A stretch of DNA of 28,405 nt from a virus (lineage: Duplodnaviria > Caudoviricetes): positions 1 to 28,405 of IMG/VR virus record IMGVR_UViG_3300010206_000039, one strand, 5' to 3'. Within the stretch, counting starts at the first letter, position 1; each line of letters starts with the position of its first letter. Shown here in pieces: positions 1 through 8,426 of the stretch. Below the pieces are notes generated by a model. The model was not told where the DNA came from and ran no database searches. It saw nothing but the letters and a program-made list of their open reading frames with translations. A program made the position numbers and the translations under genes.

Positions 1-2976
1 ATCACCACTGTCGAAGGGAAGCGTCTTGCCCTGCCAACCAAGCTTGCGGGCTTCCTCAACGGTCTTTTCGCTCATGGCATCCAGCACCTTTCGATTGGCT
101 GACGCAACAGCCTGCTCACCGAAACGGAAATTTTTGTCGCCGGTTATTTCTCCGTAATACTTCTCGAAGTCTTTCCTCAATCCATGCTTGCGAGCCAAGG
201 CCTGCTCGTAGAATCCCTTCAATCCAACAGAGTCCTTCGCGAAACGCCCCTCCGCATAGGGCTTAAGCATTTCCAGGTACTGCTCGTCAGAAATCTTCTC
301 GACTGCCTGGATGGTCTGGAATGCCACCTGCGGGTTGGGCTTGATCTTGCCTTCCTTTGCGGCGCGGAACACCTTGTTGTAGTAAGGCTCTTCTTCGCCA
401 TGGACGCTGTTAGGATGGTAGTCGATATCGAGCTTATCTTTGCCCAGGTGCTTGAACGCCTGGCCCTTGTCGATGCCATACACCTTGCCATCCTTGGCCC
501 GGATGAACTGCTTGGAATGGCCATCGTGGTTTGCGATCAACCAGTCAATCACATGTTCCTTCTGGATCTGCTCCAGTTCGAGCGTAGTCAGGTCCTGCGG
601 CTGAGTGCTCCTGAAATCGAAACTGTCCTTGAGGTCCGTGCGCCACTTCTGGATGGAGCCGGTTCGGCCATTGAGCAGAATGCTGCGGACTTCGATGGCA
701 TCTGGGTTCACAATGCGGCCGATTTTGTAGGCAGCCTCTTCTCCATGGGCGATAAAGTCGTCGTCCTTCTTGGCCGAGGGTTTGAATAACCACTTATGGC
801 CGTTTTCATCGGTCCAGAATTCCTTTTCGTGAGCTCCACCGACCACAGCTTTGCCTTCCAGCTTGAAGGAGCCCTTCTTAACCTTTTCGTGCCATAGGGA
901 ATCAGCGTCATCCTTTGGTTTGATGGTCTTGGACGTTTCCTGAACGGCTGGCTTCACAGGCTCGGGTTTGGGTGCTGGCGTTGGTTCTGACTTGGGAGCC
1001 GGTTCCGCTTTAGCATCCTTCTTGCCGGATCCATGCTTGACCGCCCATTCCGTGTGCTTCTGTTCGATAGACTTCTTCGCCGCATCGATCTTTGCCGGAT
1101 CGGTCTCACTAAATAGCGTGGCAAGCTCCTCCTTGTTTGCCCATTGCCAGTATTGGACCTTGGTGTCCTTCGCGATGGTTTTCAGATCGCTGGATTTCAT
1201 CGCCGCAACCTGGTCTGCAAATAACTGTTTCTTCAGGGCAATCTCCTTGGAATGCCCGGCCAGAAGGTCCTGAGACAATGCGCCGGAATTGCCAATGGCG
1301 GCTTCCGCATTCTTCAAGGATTCCAGGAATCCTTTGTAGTCCTTCGGGCTTGCAGGAACCGCTAGTCCCTGGACACAGGCTTCAAGGTCCGACTTCTGTT
1401 TTTGCACAATCTTCTGTTGAGCTTCCTCGATAGCCTTATTTTTGGCGCTCTCGGCCAAGTCGGAGCCAGCCTTCTTTTGCAGGGCTTCGATCAGCTGCTC
1501 TTTGTTCTTGAGGATGCTGATCCCATGCTTGTTCTTCAGGTCTGCAAGTTCCTTGCCCTGGAGCTTGGAATGGTCTACACCGGGTTCCAGCTTGTCGAGG
1601 ATCTGGATGGCGTCTTCCTTGGTCACATTCAGGGAGATTCCGTTCTCCTTGGCCATGTCCTTCAACTGTTGCACAGACAGGCCGGACAGGCCGCCAGCGT
1701 TGGGGATGTTTGCCTGCTGCTGGGCCAGCAGCTTCGCCTGTTTGAACTGCAGCTGCTTCTGGGCTAGCAGGGCTGCGAGGTCTTCCTTGGTGCGCAAGAG
1801 GCCGATCTTGTAGGCCTTCAGTTTTTCCTGGAGAGCATTGCCTGCTAAATCACCATGGTCCACGCCAGGTTCGGCGGCATCCAGCAGTTTGATGAAGTCG
1901 GCCTTGGTCCTCGCGATGGCGATTCCGTTGCCCTTGGCCAGGGTTTGGAGCTGTTTCACCGTCAATGCACCCAAGTCCTCCGCATTGCCGTTTTCGAAGG
2001 CTTGCTGAAGCTTTGCGCTCTCTGCCGCCTGAGCATCTGCCATGCCTTCCAACACATGGGGTGGTAGGATGCAGGTGTCTCCTTGGGGTTCCGTGGGTGC
2101 TGCCTTGGACTGCATCGGCCCTCCGCAGATGGTCATGGGCCATGCGACCAGATTAGTGCAGCGACAATGTGGATGAGCAGGCTGCTGCGGGAACTTGTCG
2201 ATCGGATACACATTGCCGTCATGGTCGCCGCATACCGGACACATTCGCTCATCGTCCATGGCCATCCATTCCAGGCGCTGCACGCCGACCCGCTGATGGA
2301 ACTTCATGCGGCCCATGTTGTGTGCCCGGAGGATTTCCGTGCGAGCGATCATCTCCATGCGATACTGGGCTTTGCTGAATACCTTCGTGCCTGCCTGCCG
2401 GAACGAGTCTTTGTCCAGCACGACAGTTCCCAGGTCACGAACAATATCGTCGGCTCCCTTGCCTGTGGCGATGCCGCTCAGGATGGTCCGTTTAATGCCA
2501 TCCGACAATTCCCGGTGGACATCTCCAGCCAAGGTCAGATTGTATTGGGTCATGAAGTCCAGTGCATCGGTATCGACAATGGTGAACACCTTCGTCGAAA
2601 GCTTGTCGATTCCTTCTGGTTTCAGGTCTTGGTAGAAGGGCATCGCGGCCTGGGCCAATTCACCGATGCCATTGCCGATACCCAAGCGGAAAGCCTCCCG
2701 AGTTCCCTTGCGGAAGGCCAGTGTCTGGCGCTGCTTCAGGTCGCGCATAGCCTCGGCAATTTCCGTTTGCAGCTTTTCTAGGCCCGTCAGTGCGGCCACC
2801 TTGTTGTCGGGAAGACTCCCGAGACTCTTGTACTTGAGGATGGCTTTCGAGATCTGCTCCTGGACATCCTTCAGATTGGCGGCTAGACCAGCAGCGAGTT
2901 CTGCATCGTAGCGGTCCCGCTTTGCCAAACTTGAAACCGTCGCCTGGCGAATCTTCTCGGCTAACGGGGATGCCAT
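1..2976 (-). CDS. MuF (SPP1 gp7-like) minor head protein fused to HeH/SAP-like repeats and a HipA/PI3K-like kinase domain; 3' end outside the window
   Basis: Translated by hand: ATG at 2976 overlaps the portal TGA (TGATG) and the frame stays open to base 1 (992 codons). MuF motifs IARTEILRAHN, EWMAMDDERMCPVC, PAHPHCRC; kinase-like motifs GGAHEK, WLFKP, GEEAAY, DWLIANHDGHSKQF, YGIDKG. Confidence 0.9.
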   Translation of the reverse strand, partial: MASPLAEKIRQATVSSLAKRDRYDAELAAGLAANLKDVQEQISKAILKYKSLGSLPDNKVAALTGLEKLQTEIAEAMRDLKQRQTLAFRKGTREAFRLGIGNGIGELAQAAMPFYQDLKPEGIDKLSTKVFTIVDTDALDFMTQYNLTLAGDVHRELSDGIKRTILSGIATGKGADDIVRDLGTVVLDKDSFRQAGTKVFSKAQYRMEMIARTEILRAHNMGRMKFHQRVGVQRLEWMAMDDERMCPVCGDHDGNVYPIDKFPQQPAHPHCRCTNLVAWPMTICGGPMQSKAAPTEPQGDTCILPPHVLEGMADAQAAESAKLQQAFENGNAEDLGALTVKQLQTLAKGNGIAIARTKADFIKLLDAAEPGVDHGDLAGNALQEKLKAYKIGLLRTKEDLAALLAQKQLQFKQAKLLAQQQANIPNAGGLSGLSVQQLKDMAKENGISLNVTKEDAIQILDKLEPGVDHSKLQGKELADLKNKHGISILKNKEQLIEALQKKAGSDLAESAKNKAIEEAQQKIVQKQKSDLEACVQGLAVPASPKDYKGFLESLKNAEAAIGNSGALSQDLLAGHSKEIALKKQLFADQVAAMKSSDLKTIAKDTKVQYWQWANKEELATLFSETDPAKIDAAKKSIEQKHTEWAVKHGSGKKDAKAEPAPKSEPTPAPKPEPVKPAVQETSKTIKPKDDADSLWHEKVKKGSFKLEGKAVVGGAHEKEFWTDENGHKWLFKPSAKKDDDFIAHGEEAAYKIGRIVNPDAIEVRSILLNGRTGSIQKWRTDLKDSFDFRSTQPQDLTTLELEQIQKEHVIDWLIANHDGHSKQFIRAKDGKVYGIDKGQAFKHLGKDKLDIDYHPNSVHGEEEPYYNKVFRAAKEGKIKPNPQVAFQTIQAVEKISDEQYLEMLKPYAEGRFAKDSVGLKGFYEQALARKHGLRKDFEKYYGEITGDKNFRFGEQAVASANRKVLDAMSEKTVEEARKLGWQGKTLPFDSGD

Positions 2977-4475
2977 CAGGCGCTCCGGTCCATGAAGAAC
3001 CGGCAGGCTGGGGCATCGAAAGCCCGCTCGGCATTATGGACCCGGCAGCGGCTACTGCTGGCATCATAATGGGAACATTCGTCGCAAATGTGTGCTTCTG
3101 CGCGACTCTGCATCTCACCATGATGCACTGTACTCGCCTCGGTCTTGGCCGGGCCATCCTCTTGTGCCAGACCAAGCATCGTGCGAGCCTTGTCCACTCC
3201 CAGGATTCCCGCGAGCACCATATCTACCACCGGTTTAATCTGCTTCTCGTCCGTGATGTCGATGTGCTGGCGCTCGGTATCCCTGTTCGCACTTTCCACT
3301 TCCGGATCCAGTTCCATCTTGAGCTGCAGACTGGATCGGCTGATGAGCTTGCGGTCGTATAGTTCCAGCAACAGTTTCTTGAAGTCCACCGCATCGCTGG
3401 GGTCGAGGTCGTTGAAGATGTAGTGGACGACCTTGCCTTCGAAACCGTTCAGACGCATCCATTCATCGAATACCCAGTCGAGAATAATGCGGGCGGCCTG
3501 TTTGATCTCGCGGATCATGACCATCATCTTCTGCATGCTCACCGAGGCGGTCGCGAAGTTCGGTCCATCGCCGGAAACCAGGGAGCGAGAGAGACCCAGG
3601 GCAACGACGATGTCTTCCTTGACTTCCTTTACCTTGGCTTCGACATTGAGCACCTGGCCATCGGTCCCATGGGTCTCCACGGTCACATAGAAGGGAACAA
3701 CCAGCCCGCTCTTCATGTCCATCTTGTTTACCATGTCGCGGACCTGTTCGAGCATGCGCTGGTCCGGCATCACCATCTTCTGCCCGAATGCTCCGCCCAC
3801 CTTCAGAAGCCGGAATGGCGTCGCCCAGCGCTTGGCTATGGCTTGCTCGGCTTTGCGGTAGTCCCGCAGAAGTTCGATGGCCTGGAATGCCGGGAGCACC
3901 ATGGAATTACCTCTGGGAGCAAAGGAGGGGGAATCCCACTTCAGGTGCAAGACGTTCTCCACTGGAAGCGTGATGCCATCACCGGCCAAGGTGCCTTGCT
4001 CGCCAAACTGCGTCGCTTCGATGAGGTTGCCTTCCGAATACTTGACCTTCACGGAGAGCGGATTCACGCACACCAGTTCGGCGATGTCGTTCGCTTTCGC
4101 ATTGTATCGCCGATATCCAATGGCATCGCCTTTGACCAAAAGCTGGAGAACCATGTCCTTGATGAACTGGGAGACCTTGAGCGAATACACACAATCCATG
4201 GCGGCTTGCTTCAGCTTCGCATCGTCGCTCGTGACCTTGATCTCGTCTCCGACCGCGAATGTGCGCCAGGAGTTGATACAGTTCTTGACCAGTGGCTCTT
4301 CGATGTAGTATTCCCAGGCCTTGCGGCCCCGATCTTCCCAGAGGACCGGAATGGCATCTGTCGCGCTGACCTTGCTGAATACAGAACTGTCCAGGGCAGC
4401 CGCCGTGGCCATCGGTATTTCAACGCTTCCATCGGACTGAAGATCAGGATTCTTGCGATTGCTATTCCGTTTCAA
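2976..4475 (-). CDS. Phage portal protein with Cys-rich C-terminal tail
   Basis: 499 aa between terL and MuF; portal-like segments QLLVKGDAI, VLHLKWDSPSFAPRGNSM, GPNFATASV; start codon uncertain. Confidence 0.85.
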   Translation of the reverse strand: MKRNSNRKNPDLQSDGSVEIPMATAAALDSSVFSKVSATDAIPVLWEDRGRKAWEYYIEEPLVKNCINSWRTFAVGDEIKVTSDDAKLKQAAMDCVYSLKVSQFIKDMVLQLLVKGDAIGYRRYNAKANDIAELVCVNPLSVKVKYSEGNLIEATQFGEQGTLAGDGITLPVENVLHLKWDSPSFAPRGNSMVLPAFQAIELLRDYRKAEQAIAKRWATPFRLLKVGGAFGQKMVMPDQRMLEQVRDMVNKMDMKSGLVVPFYVTVETHGTDGQVLNVEAKVKEVKEDIVVALGLSRSLVSGDGPNFATASVSMQKMMVMIREIKQAARIILDWVFDEWMRLNGFEGKVVHYIFNDLDPSDAVDFKKLLLELYDRKLISRSSLQLKMELDPEVESANRDTERQHIDITDEKQIKPVVDMVLAGILGVDKARTMLGLAQEDGPAKTEASTVHHGEMQSRAEAHICDECSHYDASSSRCRVHNAERAFDAPACRFFMDRSA

Positions 4476-4546
4476 TTCTTACCCGCATGTGGCCCGGTAC
4501 ATGCGCTTGGCCACCATGGTCCAGGCTGCCAGGCCTGTCCCTTTCT

Positions 4547-4571
4547 TACCGGAACGAGGCGGGCTTTGACG
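4547..4571 (-). promoter_or_regulatory. Motif A (CGTCA-N14-CCGGTA), putative phage-sigma promoter of the portal/head genes
   Basis: Minus strand CGTCA aagcccgcctcgtt CCGGTA, just after the terL stop. Confidence 0.7.
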
Positions 4572-4576
4572 GGTAG

Positions 4577-6103
4577 TCAGACGAAGATCGGATTGGTCAG
4601 AACAGGAGTCAGCAAAACCGTTTCTTCCTTGGCATCTCCCTGATTCGCCAGTTCCCGGACAAGTGCTGCGCACCGGACCGCATCGATGATGTGATCGTTG
4701 CCCTTGGAATAGATGACCTTGCCATCCCGCAGCGTGTAAGTGTGCGTCGTGAACTCGTCCTCGATATCCAGATCATCCGAGGGAAAAATGATCTGCTTGC
4801 GCTGGAGCATACCGTTGATGAGGCTGGTCATAAGCTCCTTGGTCCGCTTCTTGATTTCCTTGTCATCCCGGTTGGTCAGGCAAGTCATGCCTCCGAAGTC
4901 TACGCCCTGGATTCTGCCTTCCAATTGCAGGTCCTTGTACTTGTCGAGTGTAAGCAGTTCCTGAACCACGGCGATTCCATTACCGCCATTGTCGACGGCA
5001 ATACCAACCGGTGTGAAGTAGCGGTCGAGCAGTGCGATGGTCTGTGCGATATGCGGATAGGATACATGCTCCATATGCACACGCAGGATGAGCGTCACTA
5101 CGGGACGGTCGCCCACGGTGGTCTCGTGGAAAACCACCAGTTCGGTCGGGTCGTTTGTGTAGCCCAGGTCGCCGCCAATCCAGAACATGCCAGTCCTAGG
5201 AGTCAGGTTCAGCAACAACTCCAGGCGGTCTGCTGCAGAATCTTCGGTCTCGCAGTCTTTCAATTCACGGCCGGTGATGGTCACCTTCTGGTATTCGAAT
5301 ACATCCTGTCGGCACAGATTGAACTGCTCGATGTTGAATGCCCCATAGCTCGGCTTACCATGCTCACCGGCGACCTCGTGTTGCCACCCAGAAGTATCCC
5401 GACCCCCATAGAATTCCAGCAACTCATCCTCGCGCTGCTGTGTCCAGTTCGGATTCAACCATGAAGGCCAGCGGAACACGTGGAACTGTTCGGACATGGT
5501 CAGCCTGTAGTAGGTCGAATTGCGCATGCCGTTCGGGGTGGAATAGATCTTCAGGCGGCCTGCGGTCTTCAAACATTGGCGTAGCGCCTTCCAGGCCCGC
5601 TCGCTCAGCCAGGCCCCTTCGTCGACCCAGATTCGGTCCACATGCAAGGATCGGAAGGCATCGCCATAAGCACCGGCAGGCCGGAAATAGAGGATTGAGC
5701 CGTTCGTGAATTCGATACGGAAGTATGGCTTGCGATGTATCTTGGGCTTGCCGTAATTGGTGACGGCGATGGAGCGCATCAGATCGGGGTTCTGGTCCAG
5801 CTGGAATTCGATCTCCTCCACCAAGGTGTCCAGGTGTCCTTGGTGGGGTGCGGCGATCAGACCTTGGCCGCCTCTGGTGGTGAATGCGAAGTGCAATGCA
5901 TCCGTGGAAAGAACGATGCTTTTTCCGACGTCACGGCCGTCCAGATGTATGATATTGCGGTCCTGGCTGAGCAGGTCATCCTTCTGATGGTCCCAGTATC
6001 CACGGGGCTTTCCGTCCCGGTTGAACAGGTAGGATTGCCCCCACAGGACGGGATTGCGCAGGGTTTCGGCCAGTTTCTTTTCACGTTCGGTCAGATCGGC
6101 CAT
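4577..6103 (-). CDS. terL: Terminase large subunit
   Basis: 508 aa; Walker A-like GRDVGKS, Walker B IWVDE, motif III STP, RNase H-like GGDLGYTNDPT and NDHIIDAVRCA. Confidence 0.93.
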   Translation of the reverse strand: MADLTEREKKLAETLRNPVLWGQSYLFNRDGKPRGYWDHQKDDLLSQDRNIIHLDGRDVGKSIVLSTDALHFAFTTRGGQGLIAAPHQGHLDTLVEEIEFQLDQNPDLMRSIAVTNYGKPKIHRKPYFRIEFTNGSILYFRPAGAYGDAFRSLHVDRIWVDEGAWLSERAWKALRQCLKTAGRLKIYSTPNGMRNSTYYRLTMSEQFHVFRWPSWLNPNWTQQREDELLEFYGGRDTSGWQHEVAGEHGKPSYGAFNIEQFNLCRQDVFEYQKVTITGRELKDCETEDSAADRLELLLNLTPRTGMFWIGGDLGYTNDPTELVVFHETTVGDRPVVTLILRVHMEHVSYPHIAQTIALLDRYFTPVGIAVDNGGNGIAVVQELLTLDKYKDLQLEGRIQGVDFGGMTCLTNRDDKEIKKRTKELMTSLINGMLQRKQIIFPSDDLDIEDEFTTHTYTLRDGKVIYSKGNDHIIDAVRCAALVRELANQGDAKEETVLLTPVLTNPIFV

Positions 6104-6126
6104 AATTATCGCATACTCCCCAGAAT

Positions 6127-6159
6127 TGACTTGATATGTGCGGAGGTAAGTGCGTTATT
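6127..6159 (+). promoter_or_regulatory. Motif B (TGACTTGA-N8-GAGGTA-N4-CGTYATT) upstream of the tyrosine recombinase operon
   Basis: Matches 26258-26290 at 20 of 21 motif positions with identical spacing. Confidence 0.6.
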
Positions 6160-6195
6160 ACACATCACACAAAACACCTCTCCGAGGAGCCGCAC

Positions 6196-6384
6196 ATGCA
6201 GAAGAACCAGAAAGCCGCCGAAGCCTTGAACGAGAAGCAAGAGGACGTCTTGCGCATGCTCAAGGAAATCACGGCCGCCGTCAAGAAGTACGGCAAGGGC
6301 GAGCAGATCGATTGGGGTTACGTCGGCTCCATGGCACATGTTCAGGAAGAGCTGAAGAACATCCACGAATTCATCAACGCATAA
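6196..6384 (+). CDS. Small phage hypothetical protein (62 aa, DWGYVGSM motif)
   Basis: GAGGAG RBS before ATG 6196; helical sequence; first gene of a 3-gene + strand operon. Confidence 0.8.
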   Translation: MQKNQKAAEALNEKQEDVLRMLKEITAAVKKYGKGEQIDWGYVGSMAHVQEELKNIHEFINA

Positions 6385-6403
6385 ACACACAAGGAGTAGC
6401 ATC

Positions 6404-6781
6404 ATGAAGACAACGACAATCAACCAGGCAGCCACCCAGTTCATCGAACACCTCAAGGAATTAGGCAAAAGCGAACGCACCCTTTATACCTACCGGAAGG
6501 ACCTCGAAATCGTCGAGGCGTTCTTCCATGGCGACAAGGCCCTCGCAGACTTGCGGGTGCTCCAGGTAGGCAAGTTCCTCAAGTCCGACGCCCTGATGAA
6601 GAAGCCCACCGGCGAGCCCCGAGCAGAGCGCACCATCGAAAAGACCGTCCGGGTTTTCCGCATGATGCTGGTGTGGGCCTTGGACAAGGGAATCATCGAG
6701 GAACTGCCGCTTCCCAAGAGCACCCCCATGGGTCACAGCCAGCCCAAGCAGGAAGCAGAGGATGTTGCCGAGCAGGCTTGA
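6404..6781 (+). CDS. Stand-alone integrase N-terminal SAM-like (core-binding) domain protein
   Basis: AAGGAG RBS; FIEHLKELGKSERTLYTYRKDL...AERTIEKTVRVFRMMLVWA resembles the core-binding domain; no catalytic domain. Confidence 0.82.
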   Translation: MKTTTINQAATQFIEHLKELGKSERTLYTYRKDLEIVEAFFHGDKALADLRVLQVGKFLKSDALMKKPTGEPRAERTIEKTVRVFRMMLVWALDKGIIEELPLPKSTPMGHSQPKQEAEDVAEQA

Positions 6782-7664
6782 TGAGGCGCTGGCAGGCTTC
6801 CTAGCCCATTTGCAGGCAGCCCAGAAGGCCCATGGGACCGTTGCCGCCTATGGCAGGGATCTCCGCCAGGTGGCCGCAGTCTGGGCAAGCAAATGGCCCG
6901 AAGTCCAGCTTCACGAGATTACGACTGGGCAGCTCGAAGAATGCCTGTTGGATTCCAGGATCAGTGGAACCCCGGAGGCCCCCAAGGCCGAATCGACCCT
7001 TCATCGAATCAAGGCTGTGCTCCGGGCATTCTTCGCCTGGGCCAATGAATCAGGACAATGCCCTTACAATCCGGCACGGCCAATCCGAACCCACAGACTC
7101 TCACAGAGACCACCACAGTTCCTCACAGTAGCCGAAAAACGCACACTACTGAAGGAAGTGAGAGCTCGCAGTGATGCGCAGTCCTTACGGGATAGGCTCA
7201 TTGTCGAGCTGCTCCTGGGTACCGGAATCCGCATCGGCGAGCTTGCCAGGCTGGATATCGAAGATGTGGACCTGCTCTCCAAGCACCTGCGGATCCGGGC
7301 CAAGGGAAACGTTCATCAAGTCCGCTTCCTGAAAACCGATCTACGTGTGCTTCTGAAGCGTTACATAGATCATCGCCGCAGGCTTGCTTCCGATGAAATC
7401 CAGGCCCTGTTCCTTTCCAGTCGGGGAACCAGGCTCTCCATTCGGCAGGTCGCGACCCGTATTGAATTCTGGCTAGGCAAGGCTGGCATTGAGAAGCACC
7501 TGACTCCTCATAGCCTCAGGCACACCTTTGCCACGCACCTCTATGCCGTCTCAAAGGATCTGCTGGTGGTCCAGAAGGCTCTTGGCCACCGGGACATTTC
7601 CACGACTCAGATTTACACCCACCTGATAGACGACCAGTTGGAGTCGGCCATCGAATCACTGTAG
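6762..7664 (+). CDS. XerC/D-like tyrosine recombinase
   Basis: 300 aa; full catalytic set GTGIRIGE, AKG, HSLRH, LGH, TTQIY. Confidence 0.95.
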   Translation: MLPSRLDEALAGFLAHLQAAQKAHGTVAAYGRDLRQVAAVWASKWPEVQLHEITTGQLEECLLDSRISGTPEAPKAESTLHRIKAVLRAFFAWANESGQCPYNPARPIRTHRLSQRPPQFLTVAEKRTLLKEVRARSDAQSLRDRLIVELLLGTGIRIGELARLDIEDVDLLSKHLRIRAKGNVHQVRFLKTDLRVLLKRYIDHRRRLASDEIQALFLSSRGTRLSIRQVATRIEFWLGKAGIEKHLTPHSLRHTFATHLYAVSKDLLVVQKALGHRDISTTQIYTHLIDDQLESAIESL

Positions 7665-7686
7665 CTCTGTCCGGCATCAAACACAC

Positions 7687-7715
7687 AGGGAGGCTCGCCA
7701 GGCCTCCCTTTCATT
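7687..7715 (+). terminator. Probable intrinsic terminator of the recombinase operon
   Basis: AGGGAGGC-tcgccag-GCCTCCCT hairpin followed by a short T-rich run. Confidence 0.55.
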
Positions 7716-7797
7716 GTCGGAAATTTTTGTCGATTAAAATTTCATTAAACACGTCTTATTTGCCATGTCGCTCATGGGAGCCACCCAGCAGGCCCCG

Positions 7798-8343
7798 TCA
7801 CACCGAAGCCTCTGATTCTGGGGCTTCGGTGTTATCGGCGATCTTTTTCGGCTTTTTCCCGGAGGCTGATTTGGCAGCCTTGTTTCGCTCGGTAACTTCG
7901 GCAGCCTTGTCGAGAAGAGCTGAGGCCCATTCGGCCGGTGAGGTCTGGGGCTGTGCAGGCTGCTCGCCCTCTCGGGAAATCTTGGTAGCCTTGAGGTCGC
8001 GCATGTGTGCACGGATCATTCGGTCTAGACTTTCTGATGCAGTGGCGTCACCAGCGACCTGGGCTCGCATCAGCTTCACCGAGTAGATGCCGATCAGCTC
8101 CACTTGCAGGTAGTCGCTGGACTTGTTGAACTGGAAGTCGCCATACAGCTTTTGGATGACGACATCGAACAGTTCCTTTTCCTCTCCGGAAAGAATACGG
8201 CTGGCAAAGATGCCGTGCTTCAGGGCGTTGAGGTTTCCGTGATAGCCAGACTTATCCTCAATCGTGGGAAGAGGTTTACCCTCGTTGTTCTTCCAACGAA
8301 TGACTTCTTCCTTGTCCACTTTTTTGAGTCCAGTCTTTGCCAT
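7798..8343 (-). CDS. Probable terminase small subunit
   Basis: GNLNALKHG motif typical of TerS N-termini; co-oriented upstream of terL; alternative starts at 8355/8358. Confidence 0.75.
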   Translation of the reverse strand: MAKTGLKKVDKEEVIRWKNNEGKPLPTIEDKSGYHGNLNALKHGIFASRILSGEEKELFDVVIQKLYGDFQFNKSSDYLQVELIGIYSVKLMRAQVAGDATASESLDRMIRAHMRDLKATKISREGEQPAQPQTSPAEWASALLDKAAEVTERNKAAKSASGKKPKKIADNTEAPESEASV

Positions 8344-8426
8344 GCGAAAATCCATCAAGAGAAATTTGTTTTATATCGTTTCCTGCGGGGCGGGAGGCCG
8401 ATTTTGCCTCCCTCACGCATTTACGC

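Noticed and set aside
184-2911. Many + strand ORFs in the track (e.g. 184-789, 2083-2781)
   Set aside because: Antisense shadows of the long minus-strand MuF ORF, which the track missed because it has no stop in the window
3423-4643. 406-aa + strand ORF
   Set aside because: Antisense shadow of the portal gene with no recognisable motifs
6106-6480. 124-aa hydrophobic minus-strand ORF just before terL
   Set aside because: Antisense to two RBS-bearing + strand genes; composition is typical of a shadow ORF
6762-7664. Integron integrase or host xerC/xerD
   Set aside because: No IntI-specific insertion or attC sites seen, and the context is phage, so no gene symbol was assigned
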